The notes under the pieces were generated by a model. It saw only the letters and a list, made by a program, of their open reading frames with translations, did no database searches and was not told the origin of the DNA. Below, one piece after another: positions 1 to 10,628 of a stretch of 64,000 bases of DNA. The stretch covers positions 160,001-224,000 of the forward strand of contig CAVZQN010000011.1 of NCBI GenBank assembly GCA_963777505.1, given 5' to 3'. A program made the translations under genes and the position numbers. Positions within the stretch are counted from its first letter, which is position 1; each line of letters opens with the position of its first letter. Source of the DNA: an uncultured bacterium. GTDB lineage: Bacteria > Acidobacteriota > HRBIN11 > JAKEFK01.

Positions 1-242
1 TTGCGTTGTTGGTTCGCGGCCGCAATATTTATGCTCCGTATTCACCGAATGGAGCTTACGGAAGACACAACCGGGAATTTTCGCTTCCCGAACTTGAAAT
101 GCTTTTGCGAAAACATGGATTCGAAGTTGTAAAAACATTGGTAACAAATATTTATCCTCATTCGTTACAAGCCAAACTTCTTCAGTCACTTCGGCCCCGT
201 ACGTGGAAAGAACACTTGTTTGTCATGGGCCGAAAAATCTAG
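1..242 (+). CDS. C-terminal part of a probable class I SAM-dependent methyltransferase (truncated by window edge)
   Basis: Motif HNREFSLPELEMLLRKHGFEVV is typical of Methyltransf_11/23 C-termini. Confidence 0.55.
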   Translation, partial: ALLVRGRNIYAPYSPNGAYGRHNREFSLPELEMLLRKHGFEVVKTLVTNIYPHSLQAKLLQSLRPRTWKEHLFVMGRKI

Positions 243-392
243 CACACCGATTTCCACGGATTAAACGGATCTTCGTAGATTTATTAACCACAGATGAACA
301 CGGATGAACACGGATACTGTTGCCTGCGCGTCCGCTTTCAGCGGACGCGTAGGCAACAGGAGCTTGAGTTCTTGGCGTCTTGGCGGTTGAGC
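243..392. repeat. Cluster of REP-like repeats (AACCACAGATGAACACGGATGAACACGGAT; 20-bp-stem palindrome 317-359; CTTGGCGTCTTGGCGGTT)
   Basis: Tandem ATGAACACGG units; ctgttgcctgcgcgtccgct-ttc-agcggacgcgtaggcaacag hairpin with one G-U pair. Confidence 0.7.
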
Positions 393-432
393 TATATAAC
401 TTGACCGAAAATGTGGTATACAAAAGAGGTAC

Positions 433-3300
433 ATGCCCCAAACTCGAGGGAAGGGAGAGATCGTAAGGCTCAGTCAATTCCTGTCTATCGTCATCGAGCA
501 TGCAAATATGTGGTTGGTTGCATTCGATGAGACGATGGAAGTCATCATATGGAATGACGCTGCTGCTCGAATGAGCGGCTACAGCGCCGAGGAGATGATT
601 GGCCAAAACCGCTTCTTTGATATTCTTTTTCCCGACGAAACCTACCGCCGACAGATTGAAGAAAAAGCCGCATCTGTTATCCAGGGAGGCCGCGCTGACG
701 ATTTTGAAACCGTAATCACCGCAAAAGACGGAAGACAGCGAACTATTTCATGGTACGGGAGAGGTCTTACCGATCCTTCGGGCGAGCAAGTTGGTGCCGT
801 GGGATTAGGCATCGACATAACGGATCGTAAAGAAGCAGAACAAGAACTCGAAAACTCCTTATCACTTCTTCGTGCAACTCTTGAAGCTGCTGCGGACGGA
901 ATTTTTGCGGTAGATCCCAGCGGGAAAATTACTGCATTTAATGAGCGTGTCAAAGATATGTGGGGCATTCCTGATCTATTGCTAGCTCAAGGGAATGCCC
1001 GGAAAATTGCGGAATGCATACTTCCTCTTGTAAGGGAGCCACAAAAGTTTCTAAGCCGTGTTTTAGAAATGCATTCAAATCCTGACAAAGAATACCGCGA
1101 CACACTTGAACTGGTTGATGGCAGAACCATTGAACGTTATTCGCGTCCGCAGTGGATCGGTGGGCGAAGTCTTGGACGTGTTGTCACGTTTCACGATATT
1201 AGCGATCTGCGGCGTGCTGATGAAATTTTGCGGCAACAGCAAAAAGAATACAGAATGATTTTTGATTCTGTCCCCGCATTAATCTGGTACAAAGATACTG
1301 AAAATCGTATCCTCCGCTTAAATGAATCTGCAGCTCGTTATCTTGGAATGAGAGTAAAAGATGTGGAAGGGAAATCTGCATATGATTTATATCCCGAGTT
1401 TGCTGCAAAGTATCACGAAGACGATCTGGAAGTAATTCACAGCGGTCAACCAAAACTTGGAATCATTGAACAGCTAGAAACAGCAGGGAAAAAACGGTGG
1501 GTTCATACGGATAAATTTCCATATCTAAATGAGCGTGGAGAAATCGTCGGTGTTCTTGTTTTTGCAATGGATGTTACTGAACGGAAACACGCAGAAGAAG
1601 CTCTGCTAGAAACGGCGGAACGGTATGCGCTCGCTGCGTTAGGTGCGAATGATGGACTCTGGGATTGGGATCTTAAATCAAATGAGATTTATTTTTCACC
1701 CCGTTGGAAATCGATGCTTGGGTATCAGGATGAAATCGGTAATCGGCCCGAAGACTGGTTTGAGCGGATCCATCCTGATGATCGAGGCCGCTTTGACACC
1801 GCATTGGAATCTCATTTACAAGGTCAGACTCCGCATTTTGAAGTTGAACATCGCGTTCAACATCGCGATGGTACCTATTGCTGGATGTTGACGCGCGGAA
1901 TTGCTGTTCCAAATGAAAAAGGTGAACCCCTGCGGATGGCTGGATCACAAACAGATGTTACTCCGCGAAAAATGGCAGAACAACGATTGCAGCATGAGGC
2001 GATTCATGATGTTTTGACCGATCTGCCAAACCGTGCGCTATTTATGGATTTGCTTGCACGATCATTAGCTCGTGCGCAACGTCGCGCTGACTATTTGTTT
2101 GCCGTGCTATTTCTTGATTTGGACCGCTTCAAGATGATCAATGACAGCTTAGGTCATATGATCGGCGATCAGCTTTTGATTGCAATGGCACGCAGGTTAG
2201 AACGTTGTTTGCGTCCTGGTGATGTGGTTGCCCGTCTTGGCGGAGATGAATTCACAATCTTGCTCGATGATATTCACGATGTGAATGACGCCATCCGAAT
2301 TGCTGATCGGATTCAGAATGAATTAAAACAGCCCTTCCAGCTTGGCCACCAGGAGGTATTTACAACAGCAAGTATTGGTATTGCTTTAAGTGCATCGGGC
2401 TACCAAAACCCTGAAGATTTATTACGCGATTCCGATACTGCGATGTATAGGGCTAAAGCTCTAGGCAGAGCCTGTCATCAGATTTTTGATGCGGCAATGC
2501 ATTCGCGGGCTGTAGCTTTGCTTCGTTTGGAAACTGATTTAAGACGCGCGATCGAACGGAATGAATTTTTGCTCTATTACCAACCGACTGTTTGTTTGCG
2601 ATCAGGGCGCATTCATGGTGTTGAAGCTTTGATCCGCTGGCAGCATCCTGAACGCGGTCTCGTAATGCCTGATGATTTCATTCCGCACGCTGAAGAAAAT
2701 GGATTAATCATCCCGATAGGAAAATGGGTGCTTGATGAGGCCACACGCCAATTGCGCATATGGCAGCGGGAGTTTCCTCATTTAACGATCAGTGTGAATT
2801 TATCGGGCAAACAATTTATGCAATCTCAACTCACACTGCAGATTCAGAATTCTTTGTATGAATCAGGACTGAATCCAAACTATCTGATGCTTGAAATCAC
2901 TGAAAGTATGCTGATGGAAAATCCTGAAGCCACTGCTGCAACGATTGAGCAATTAAGAAATATCGACGTAAAGATTCACATCGACGATTTCGGAACGGGA
3001 TATTCATCACTCAGCTATTTACATCGATTCAGGATCGATACACTAAAAATTGATCGTTCTTTTGTAAGCCGAATGTCTGCTGTGAATGAAAACCTGGAAA
3101 TTGTGCGAACCATTGTCACGCTTGCGCACAACCTTGGAATGGATGTTATTGCGGAAGGAGTCGAAACTGCAGAACAACTAGCTCAACTTCGTGCGCTGAA
3201 ATGTGAGCGAGCACAAGGATTTTATTTTTCAGAACCTGTCAGCGCCGAAAAAATCTACCGCCTTTTCGGCGGAATCCCACCATGGGTGGGCAGGCTGTAG
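433..3300 (+). CDS. Multi-PAS diguanylate cyclase/phosphodiesterase (PAS x4-GGDEF-EAL)
   Basis: RPGD I-site, RLGGDEF, VEALIRW, DDFGTGYSS and repeated PAS/PAC motifs. Confidence 0.95.
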   Translation: MPQTRGKGEIVRLSQFLSIVIEHANMWLVAFDETMEVIIWNDAAARMSGYSAEEMIGQNRFFDILFPDETYRRQIEEKAASVIQGGRADDFETVITAKDGRQRTISWYGRGLTDPSGEQVGAVGLGIDITDRKEAEQELENSLSLLRATLEAAADGIFAVDPSGKITAFNERVKDMWGIPDLLLAQGNARKIAECILPLVREPQKFLSRVLEMHSNPDKEYRDTLELVDGRTIERYSRPQWIGGRSLGRVVTFHDISDLRRADEILRQQQKEYRMIFDSVPALIWYKDTENRILRLNESAARYLGMRVKDVEGKSAYDLYPEFAAKYHEDDLEVIHSGQPKLGIIEQLETAGKKRWVHTDKFPYLNERGEIVGVLVFAMDVTERKHAEEALLETAERYALAALGANDGLWDWDLKSNEIYFSPRWKSMLGYQDEIGNRPEDWFERIHPDDRGRFDTALESHLQGQTPHFEVEHRVQHRDGTYCWMLTRGIAVPNEKGEPLRMAGSQTDVTPRKMAEQRLQHEAIHDVLTDLPNRALFMDLLARSLARAQRRADYLFAVLFLDLDRFKMINDSLGHMIGDQLLIAMARRLERCLRPGDVVARLGGDEFTILLDDIHDVNDAIRIADRIQNELKQPFQLGHQEVFTTASIGIALSASGYQNPEDLLRDSDTAMYRAKALGRACHQIFDAAMHSRAVALLRLETDLRRAIERNEFLLYYQPTVCLRSGRIHGVEALIRWQHPERGLVMPDDFIPHAEENGLIIPIGKWVLDEATRQLRIWQREFPHLTISVNLSGKQFMQSQLTLQIQNSLYESGLNPNYLMLEITESMLMENPEATAATIEQLRNIDVKIHIDDFGTGYSSLSYLHRFRIDTLKIDRSFVSRMSAVNENLEIVRTIVTLAHNLGMDVIAEGVETAEQLAQLRALKCERAQGFYFSEPVSAEKIYRLFGGIPPWVGRL

Positions 3301-3307
3301 ATTCAAG

Positions 3308-3474
3308 TTATTTTGTAGCTACGCGCAAATGAAAGGGAGCAGGGGAGAGTGCAGGATGAAATTGGTTGTAGCTTCGCGATGGGTAGTGCGTAGCTTCAAA
3401 GATCTTGCGTACGCCGATCTCCCTTTCACCCCTGCTCCCCTGCTCCCTTTCATTTGCGCGTAGCTACAAAATAA
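3308..3474. mobile_element. MITE/REPIN-like element with a perfect 40-bp terminal inverted repeat (family A)
   Basis: 3308-3347 is the exact reverse complement of 3435-3474; the internal core recurs at 36971 and 37162. Confidence 0.75.
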
Positions 3475-3476
3475 TT

Positions 3477-3959
3477 TCAATCTTCGTTCAGGTATTTCAC
3501 GTAAATCAGTTTGTCATCGTTGCTTTTGTAGAAATCTCGGATTCTAGTGTTGAGTTCGTAGCCGCTTTTCTGATAGAAATTCGTAGTGCGGAAATAACTT
3601 TCTTGAGAAGAAGTTTCAAGAACCAGCAGTTTTCCGCCCCTTGCGCGGATATCATCTTCTACAAACTTGATTAATTCACGGCCAAACCCTTTTCCCTGGA
3701 CTTCCGGATGTACAGCCATCCAATAAAAATCATAGGTTGAATCAGTTAATGGAGTTTGACCATAACACCCGAATGCCTGTACCTGACCAAGCTCATCTTC
3801 GAGTACGCAGGAAATATAATCACCACTGGAAAAATCGGAAATTGAATCATCAACAAGCTCAATGGCTACGGTAACTTCTCTTTCGTTGAAGTTTCCGACT
3901 GCTTGAATGATTTCACAAACTCTATTGCGATCTTTAGCTTCAATCGGTCTAATGCGCAT
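3477..3959 (-). CDS. GNAT family N-acetyltransferase
   Basis: WMAVHPEVQGKGFGRELI acetyl-CoA motif A; LVLETSS; ATG at 3959 preferred as start. Confidence 0.9.
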   Translation of the reverse strand: MRIRPIEAKDRNRVCEIIQAVGNFNEREVTVAIELVDDSISDFSSGDYISCVLEDELGQVQAFGCYGQTPLTDSTYDFYWMAVHPEVQGKGFGRELIKFVEDDIRARGGKLLVLETSSQESYFRTTNFYQKSGYELNTRIRDFYKSNDDKLIYVKYLNED

Positions 3960-4026
3960 AATTAATTTCACCACAAAGCCACCCAGACCTCAAAACACTT
4001 TGTGACTTTGCGGTTACAATGTTGTG

Positions 4027-6381
4027 ATGGTCGGAAAGACGATTGCGCATTATCGCATCTTGCAGGTACTTGGATCAGGTGGAATGGGCGATGTTTATCT
4101 TGCATTGGATGAGAAATTAGACCGCAGCGTAGCACTCAAGATTCTGCCGTCAGATGTAGCCGCCGATCCGGATCGTATGCGGCGTTTTGTTCAGGAAGCG
4201 CGTGCGGCTTCGGCGCTGAATCACCCCAATGTTGCGCAGATTTATGAAATTGGCGAAGCAGACGGGGTTCATTTCATTGCGATGCAATACGTAGAAGGAA
4301 TCACCCTGAACAGCCGTCTCAATGAAAAACCGTTGCCTGTAGATGAAGTGGTGAGTATTGCGCTGCAGGTTGCGGATGCATTGACCGAAGCGCACGCACG
4401 CGGGGTTATTCATCGCGACATTAAGCCTGCTAACATCATGATCAGCAATCGCGGACACGTAAAAGTCGTTGATTTTGGACTTGCAAAATTCTATCCCCAA
4501 TCCACCCCTGAATCGACCACGGCCAAAATTTCTCAAGATCCGCCGACACGAACCGGAGTCATTATAGGAACAATTCACTATTTGAGTCCTGAACAAGCCA
4601 TGGGCAAACAAGTGGATGGACGCTCCGATCTGTTTTCGCTTGGCGTTGTCTTGTATCAAATGGCAACTGGAAAATTGCCATTCGGCGGCGAAACGGCAAT
4701 GGAGATGCTGCATAACATTTTGCGGACCGATCCCGATCTGCCGGGACGCTTGAATAAAAGAATCAGCCCTGAATTAGAACGGATCATCACAAAAAGCATG
4801 GAAAAGGATCCCGAACGGCGTTATTCAAGTGCAAATGAAATGCTCGAAGATCTTCAAAAGCTAAAGCGTCAAATTGATTCAGGTGTTAGCGATCAAATCC
4901 GGCCGCTTGCATATTTTCCACGCAAAGCATCCAGGTCAATCCTTCTAGTCTTGACTCTCGCAGCCGCAGCCACCGGAGTTTATATTTGGAAAGGTCAACA
5001 AAAACCGATCGATTCCATTGCCATTCTTCCTTTTGTAAACGTCAATGGGAATAACGAAACGGAATATTTAAGCGATGGAATTACGGAAGGTGTCATAAAC
5101 AGTCTTTCGCAAATTCCACAGTTACGAGTTATGGCACGCAGCACAGTATTCGCATACAAAGGTAAGCAATCAAATCCGCGGAAGATTGGTCAAGACCTTC
5201 GCGTAGGAGCGGTGTTAACAGGAACTGTCTCCCAACGAAGCGAAAATCTCAACGTTCAAGCAGAACTTGTTGATGTTAAAGATGGTGCACAAATGTGGGG
5301 CAATCAATATACCACTGCTTTCGCAAATATTTTGCAAACACAAGAAGATATCACCCGGGAAATTTCAAATAGCCTAAGGCTCAGGCTGACCGGCGAACAG
5401 GAAAGGAGACTTACAAAACAATATACGAAAAATACTGAGGCTTACGATCTTTATTTGAAAGGAAGATATTACTGGAACAAAAGAACTGCAGACGGATTTC
5501 AAAAGGCTATCGATCAATTTAATCTCGCTATAAGAAAAGATCCGGAATATGCACTCGCGTATACCGGACTTGCTGATTGTTACACATTGTTACCCGCATG
5601 GGCTTTCATGAAGCCGAATGAAGCTCATCCTAAGGCGACCAAAGCCGCAGCACATGCGCTCGAAATCGATGAGTCGCTTGCTGAGGCGCATACAGCATTG
5701 GGACACACACTTCACAATTATGAATGGCATTGGACAGCTGCGGAGCGGGAGTATCAAAGAGCAATTCAACTCAATCCAAACTATGCGGTAGCACATCACT
5801 GGTATTCAAATTTGCTTTCCGATCTTGGACGCGGTCAGGAAGCGATTGATGAGAAGCGCCAAGCGCTTCGACTCGATCCTTTGTCCCTTGTGATTAATGC
5901 CGATTTTGGAAACATCCTTTATCATCAAAGAAAATATGATGAGGCAGTCCTTCAACTTCAAAAAACATTGGAATTGGATTCAAACTTTCCACTTGCTTAT
6001 CAATTTCTTGGATATGTCTACGAAGTTCGAAAACGCTATGATGAAGAAGTAGGGTCATTTAAGAAAGGACTTCAGAAATCTCCGAATGATCCGGAACTAA
6101 AAGCAGACCTCGCGCGCGCGCTTGCTCTTTCAGGCGATAAAGATCAAGCCCGGCAAATTCTTAACGAACTGCTCGCGCTTTCTCGCGAACGATATATTGT
6201 GGCATATGAAATAGCGATGATTTACGACGGTCTTGGTGAGAAATTTGAAACTTTTGAGTGGTTAGAAAAGGCTGTACAGGAGCGTTCCTATCAAGTTTCA
6301 AGTATGGCAGTTGATCCGCGTTTAGATCCTCTCCGTTCAGATCCACGATTTAAGAAGTTGTTGGAACGATTGCATCTCTAA
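4027..6381 (+). CDS. Hanks-type Ser/Thr protein kinase with TM, TolB-N-like and TPR domains
   Basis: LGSGGMGDVY, VALK, HRDIKPAN, DFG; TM ILLVLTLAAAATGVYIW; SIAILPFVN motif; TPR repeats. Confidence 0.95.
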   Translation: MVGKTIAHYRILQVLGSGGMGDVYLALDEKLDRSVALKILPSDVAADPDRMRRFVQEARAASALNHPNVAQIYEIGEADGVHFIAMQYVEGITLNSRLNEKPLPVDEVVSIALQVADALTEAHARGVIHRDIKPANIMISNRGHVKVVDFGLAKFYPQSTPESTTAKISQDPPTRTGVIIGTIHYLSPEQAMGKQVDGRSDLFSLGVVLYQMATGKLPFGGETAMEMLHNILRTDPDLPGRLNKRISPELERIITKSMEKDPERRYSSANEMLEDLQKLKRQIDSGVSDQIRPLAYFPRKASRSILLVLTLAAAATGVYIWKGQQKPIDSIAILPFVNVNGNNETEYLSDGITEGVINSLSQIPQLRVMARSTVFAYKGKQSNPRKIGQDLRVGAVLTGTVSQRSENLNVQAELVDVKDGAQMWGNQYTTAFANILQTQEDITREISNSLRLRLTGEQERRLTKQYTKNTEAYDLYLKGRYYWNKRTADGFQKAIDQFNLAIRKDPEYALAYTGLADCYTLLPAWAFMKPNEAHPKATKAAAHALEIDESLAEAHTALGHTLHNYEWHWTAAEREYQRAIQLNPNYAVAHHWYSNLLSDLGRGQEAIDEKRQALRLDPLSLVINADFGNILYHQRKYDEAVLQLQKTLELDSNFPLAYQFLGYVYEVRKRYDEEVGSFKKGLQKSPNDPELKADLARALALSGDKDQARQILNELLALSRERYIVAYEIAMIYDGLGEKFETFEWLEKAVQERSYQVSSMAVDPRLDPLRSDPRFKKLLERLHL

Positions 6382-6432
6382 GCTTCAAACATAATTTAGT
6401 CGCTGAAGATACGTGTTCTAGTTATACCTATT

Positions 6433-7224
6433 ATGAATGTTTCTCGAATTATTGAAGCAACTGGTTTGGTTGTACTCAATGCGTTTGGATGGATCGGTGC
6501 GCTCTCTGCGTTTGGATTTCGGGCGATCAAGGAAGCATTTCGTCCGCCTTTTGAATTCACCGAGATTGCGCGTCAGCTTTACGAAATCGGTTGGCGATCG
6601 ATCCCATTAATTGCAGCATCGGGTTTTGCAGTAGGAACAGTCCTTTCGCTTCATACGCGTTCATCATTGGAACGTTTTGGTGCAGAATCGATGATTCCAG
6701 CCGGTCTTGCAATTGCTCTTGTAAAAGAAACCGGACCTTTAACCGCAGGCTTGTTATTGGCGGGCAGGGTAGGTGCTGGCATCGGTGCAGAAGTTGGCGG
6801 TATGAAAGTTACAGAACAAATTGATGCCCTGGAATCACTGGCTGTTGATCCATTTAAATTTCTAGTTGTTACACGAGTCATTGCCTGTCTTCTTGCATTT
6901 CCACTACTCACAACCATTATGAACTTCACAGGGATCCTTGGAGGATATTTATCGGAAAAATTTGTGTCCGGTATGTCGCTTCATCTGTATTACAATCACG
7001 CATTTTCAATCATCGAATTTAATGATTACATTCCTTCAACATTAAAGACTTCTGTTTTTGGATTCATTATTGCTTCGGTTTCCACCTTTCTGGGCTTCAA
7101 TGCTTCCGGCGGGAGTGAAGGCGTTGGACGCGCTTCAACTCAAAGTGTCGTCTACTCTTCAATTTTATTGATCCTCATCAATGTGATTCTTGTTAAAGCC
7201 ATCAGTTTCTTTTTGCCTCAATGA
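6433..7224 (+). CDS. mlaE: MlaE-family ABC transporter permease
   Basis: ETGPLTAGLLLAGRVGAGIGAEVGGMKVTEQIDALE signature. Confidence 0.92.
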   Translation: MNVSRIIEATGLVVLNAFGWIGALSAFGFRAIKEAFRPPFEFTEIARQLYEIGWRSIPLIAASGFAVGTVLSLHTRSSLERFGAESMIPAGLAIALVKETGPLTAGLLLAGRVGAGIGAEVGGMKVTEQIDALESLAVDPFKFLVVTRVIACLLAFPLLTTIMNFTGILGGYLSEKFVSGMSLHLYYNHAFSIIEFNDYIPSTLKTSVFGFIIASVSTFLGFNASGGSEGVGRASTQSVVYSSILLILINVILVKAISFFLPQ

Positions 7225-7964
7225 CGCCTGACGCTGTAAGGCTTGAACACGTTTCTAAATCCTTCAAAGGGAAGGTGGTTCTTGCTGATATCTCCTTTGA
7301 AGTTCGCAAAGAAACTGCGTTCTGTATTTTAGGCAGAAGCGGATCAGGCAAGAGTGTAACTCTAAAACATATCGAAGGGCTCGTAAAACCCGATGAAGGC
7401 CGTATCTTTGTGGAAGAAGAAGAAATTACAAATATGACAATTCAAGAACTAAATCGTGTTCGGAGAAAGATGGGCTTTCTTTTTCAAGCATCAGCACTTT
7501 TTGATTCGTTGACCGTTGGTGAAAATGTTGCTTTTCCTTTGCGTAGACACACAAAAATGTCTGAAGATGAAATTCAAAAAGCAGTGAGGGAAAAGCTTGT
7601 CAGTGTGGGGTTGGAAAAAGATGCCGGCAAAATGCCATCTGAAATTTCAGGTGGCATGAAGAAACGAGCAGGTCTGGCCCGCGCCCTTGCAATGGAACCT
7701 TCGATCTTACTTGTCGATGAACCGAGCGCAGGATTGGATCCGATTACTGCAGCAGAAATCGATGAATTGATTCATAAGCTTAAAACAGAACGAGGTGTAA
7801 CTGTTATTCTTGTTACCCACAATATACCAAGCGCAAGGCGTCTGGCTGATGAACTGGTCTTTCTTCATGATGCAAAAATCATTGCACGAGGTACAGTTCA
7901 GGATTTGGAACAGCATGATGATCCTTTAGTGCGATCTTTCATGTCTTCTAAGAATGCAGGGTAA
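7221..7964 (+). CDS. mlaF: MlaF-family ABC ATPase
   Basis: GRSGSGKS, ISGGMKKR, DEPSAGLDP; overlaps mlaE stop. Confidence 0.92.
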   Translation: MTPDAVRLEHVSKSFKGKVVLADISFEVRKETAFCILGRSGSGKSVTLKHIEGLVKPDEGRIFVEEEEITNMTIQELNRVRRKMGFLFQASALFDSLTVGENVAFPLRRHTKMSEDEIQKAVREKLVSVGLEKDAGKMPSEISGGMKKRAGLARALAMEPSILLVDEPSAGLDPITAAEIDELIHKLKTERGVTVILVTHNIPSARRLADELVFLHDAKIIARGTVQDLEQHDDPLVRSFMSSKNAG

Positions 7965-7971
7965 GAGGGTT

Positions 7972-9316
7972 ATGCGTGATAACGAAAAGAATCGATATGT
8001 AGGTTTAGGAATTTTTGTATTCCTGGGTCTTATGCTTTTTGCTTTGGGATTATTTCTGATCGGAAATCGTCGCATGTTATTTGAAGACAGTTTCGAAGTC
8101 TGGACAGAATTTTCTAAAATCACAGGTCTTCAAAGCGGTGCGATCGTACGCGTTTCGGGAAAAGATTCGGGAGAAGTCAAAGAAATACGGGTGCCGCGCA
8201 GCCCTGCTGAAAAATTCCGGATCAGGATGCGCATCGTTGAAGAGGTGCATGGGCTTGTCCGTAAGGACTCCATAGCCACTATTCAAACTGATGGACTTGT
8301 CGGAAATAAATTTTTGAGTGTCGATGTAGGTTCAGTTGAAGCGCCAATCGCTCCGGCGGGAAGCACAATTCCCAGGCCGCGAACCCTTTGAGTTCTCCGA
8401 CTTGCTTCAAGAAGCGAGCGAGACGATGCATGTCGCAAGCGAAACAGTAAAATATTTGCGTGACGATATAGAAAAAACATTAAAAGTTGCCAGCCGCACA
8501 ATTGAAGAAGTGCAGCTGATCGTGAAGCAAACAGGTGGAGATTTAAAAGGGATTACAAGTTCCGGTGACAAAATCGCAAAAGACTTGAGTGAAATTGTTT
8601 CAGGTGTGAAAGAGGGAAGAGGCACGATCGGAAGAGTCATGACAGATGATTCAATTTATGAAAGCGTCGATGCAATGGCGAAAGATGCCGCACTGACAGC
8701 TCAGAACATTCGTGAAGCTTCCGAAAAGGCACATAAAATTATTGCAGATTTTCAGCAAAAATCTGCAAAAGGATTTACTGAAGAAGCGCAGGGGACGATC
8801 AGGAATCTCAATGAAGTTCTTACCGACATGGCAGACAATGCTGAAGCACTGAAACGAAATTTCTTCTTTAAAGGCTTTTTCAAAAATCGTGGTTATTATG
8901 ACCTGGATAATTTATCCGTTTCTGACTACAAGTCCGGAACGCTGTTCAGGAATCATTATGAAAAAACATTTTGGTTGGCGGCCAACGAACTTTTTGAAAG
9001 CAAAGGAACTGAGGAAATACTATCGGAACAGGGCAAACGGCTTGTTGTTAATACAATGAAAGAACTTTTACGCTATCAAGCGAACCCCGTCTTTTTCGCA
9101 GAAGGTTATGCATCGGAGGGTACTCCTGGGGATCAATATTTGCGTTCACGCCAGCGGGCAGTGCTGGTCAGAAATTACATACTTTCTCAATTTCCTCTTC
9201 CTTCGGAAGCATTCGGAGTGATGCCGTTGGGCTTGAAGATAAATCAATTGACCAATGAAACATGGGATGGTGTCTCACTGGTTGTTTATTATGAACCTTC
9301 TGAGGGTTTGAAATAA
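7972..9316 (+). CDS. mlaD: MlaD/MCE protein with coiled coil and C-terminal OmpA-like domain; 1-bp frameshift near 8370
   Basis: MCE motif GLQSGAIVRVSG...IQTDGLVGNKF. ORFs 7954-8391 and 8336-9316 join if one C is removed from attccc. C-terminal EGYA...SRQRAVLVRNY is OmpA-like. Confidence 0.8.
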
Positions 9317-9317
9317 G

Positions 9318-10490
9318 ATGCATTTCTGGCAAAAGTCTAGAGACGAAACACCCGGCTGCAAAAATGTTCTGCATTTCAACAATGCTGGAGCATCTTTAAT
9401 GCCACTTCCAGTTTTTGATGCAATTGAACAGCATCTAAAACTTGAACTTGAAATTGGCGGCTACGAAGCTCATGCGCAAAATCTTGAAAAGATTGAGCAA
9501 ATTTATGATGCCGCTGCAAGGATGTTGAACTGCGATCGGGATGAGATTGCATTCATTGAAAATGCTACACGCGCCTGGGATATGGCTTTTTATTCGATTC
9601 CGTTTCGACCGGGCGACCGTATTCTTACTGCTGAGTCTGAATATGCAAGTAATTACATCGCTTTCCTTCAAGTTGCCAGGAAAACAGGTGCGGTAATTGA
9701 TGTGGTTCCTTCGGATGATTCGGGTCAAATTTCACTGGATGCGCTTCGCGGCCGAATCGATGACCGGGTAAAATTGATTGCACTCACGCATGTTCCTACG
9801 AATGGTGGGCTTGTAAGTCCAGCTGCAGAAGTTGGCAAGATTGCGCGTGATGCTGGCATTTTGTTTTTGCTCGATGCTTGCCAATCCGCCGGGCAAATGC
9901 CGCTTGATGTAAGAAAACTCGGATGCAATTTTTTGTCGGCAACCGGCAGAAAATTCTTGCGCGGACCGCGCGGGACCGGTTTTCTTTATGTTGACAAAAA
10001 TTTTATTGAAAAACTGGAACCTCCATTTCTAGATTTGCATGCTGCAACTTGGACATCCCAGGAGAGTTACGAAATCAGATCTGATTCGCTGCGTTTTGAA
10101 AATTGGGAACAAAACTTCGCAGGTAAAATCGGATTGGCTACGGCTATCGAGTATGCAATGCAATGGGGACTCGATGCGATCTATGAACGAGTTCAACATC
10201 TCGCTGAATTGCTAAGAAAGAATCTGCTGGAAATCCCAGGCGCCCAGGTTCACGACCTCGGCAAGGAACGATGTGGCATTGTTACGTTTACGATCGCTGG
10301 GCTAGATCCGGATGAGATAAAACGAGAACTGACAAAGCGGAAAATCAATGTCACTACCACCACAACCTCTTCGACTCTTCTTGATATGGAATCGCGTAAT
10401 CTGGAGAAACTTGTCCGCGCTTCGGTTCATTATTTCAACACCGAAGAAGAAGTAAGTTCCTTTTGCAGCGTTCTCCATGAAATCCTTTAG
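9318..10490 (+). CDS. PLP-dependent class V aminotransferase (cysteine desulfurase/C-S lyase-like)
   Basis: HFNNAGAS, DACQSAG, ATGRKFLRGPRGTG, VRASVHYFNT. Confidence 0.9.
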   Translation: MHFWQKSRDETPGCKNVLHFNNAGASLMPLPVFDAIEQHLKLELEIGGYEAHAQNLEKIEQIYDAAARMLNCDRDEIAFIENATRAWDMAFYSIPFRPGDRILTAESEYASNYIAFLQVARKTGAVIDVVPSDDSGQISLDALRGRIDDRVKLIALTHVPTNGGLVSPAAEVGKIARDAGILFLLDACQSAGQMPLDVRKLGCNFLSATGRKFLRGPRGTGFLYVDKNFIEKLEPPFLDLHAATWTSQESYEIRSDSLRFENWEQNFAGKIGLATAIEYAMQWGLDAIYERVQHLAELLRKNLLEIPGAQVHDLGKERCGIVTFTIAGLDPDEIKRELTKRKINVTTTTTSSTLLDMESRNLEKLVRASVHYFNTEEEVSSFCSVLHEIL

Positions 10491-10628
10491 CCTTGTAGCT
10501 AAACTACGCTCCGCCTTATAGCAAAAAAAATCAATTTGTGTCGTTTCGATCAAAGCAATTGCTTCTCGAAATGTTCACACTATATTGAACGTCGTGAGTG
10601 CTAACGCAACTTCCTTAAGGAGAAAAAA

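Noticed and set aside
3203-3463. Short ORFs sharing VASRWVVRS (also 37063-37257)
   Set aside because: Translations of the non-coding family A repeat with no consistent start or stop
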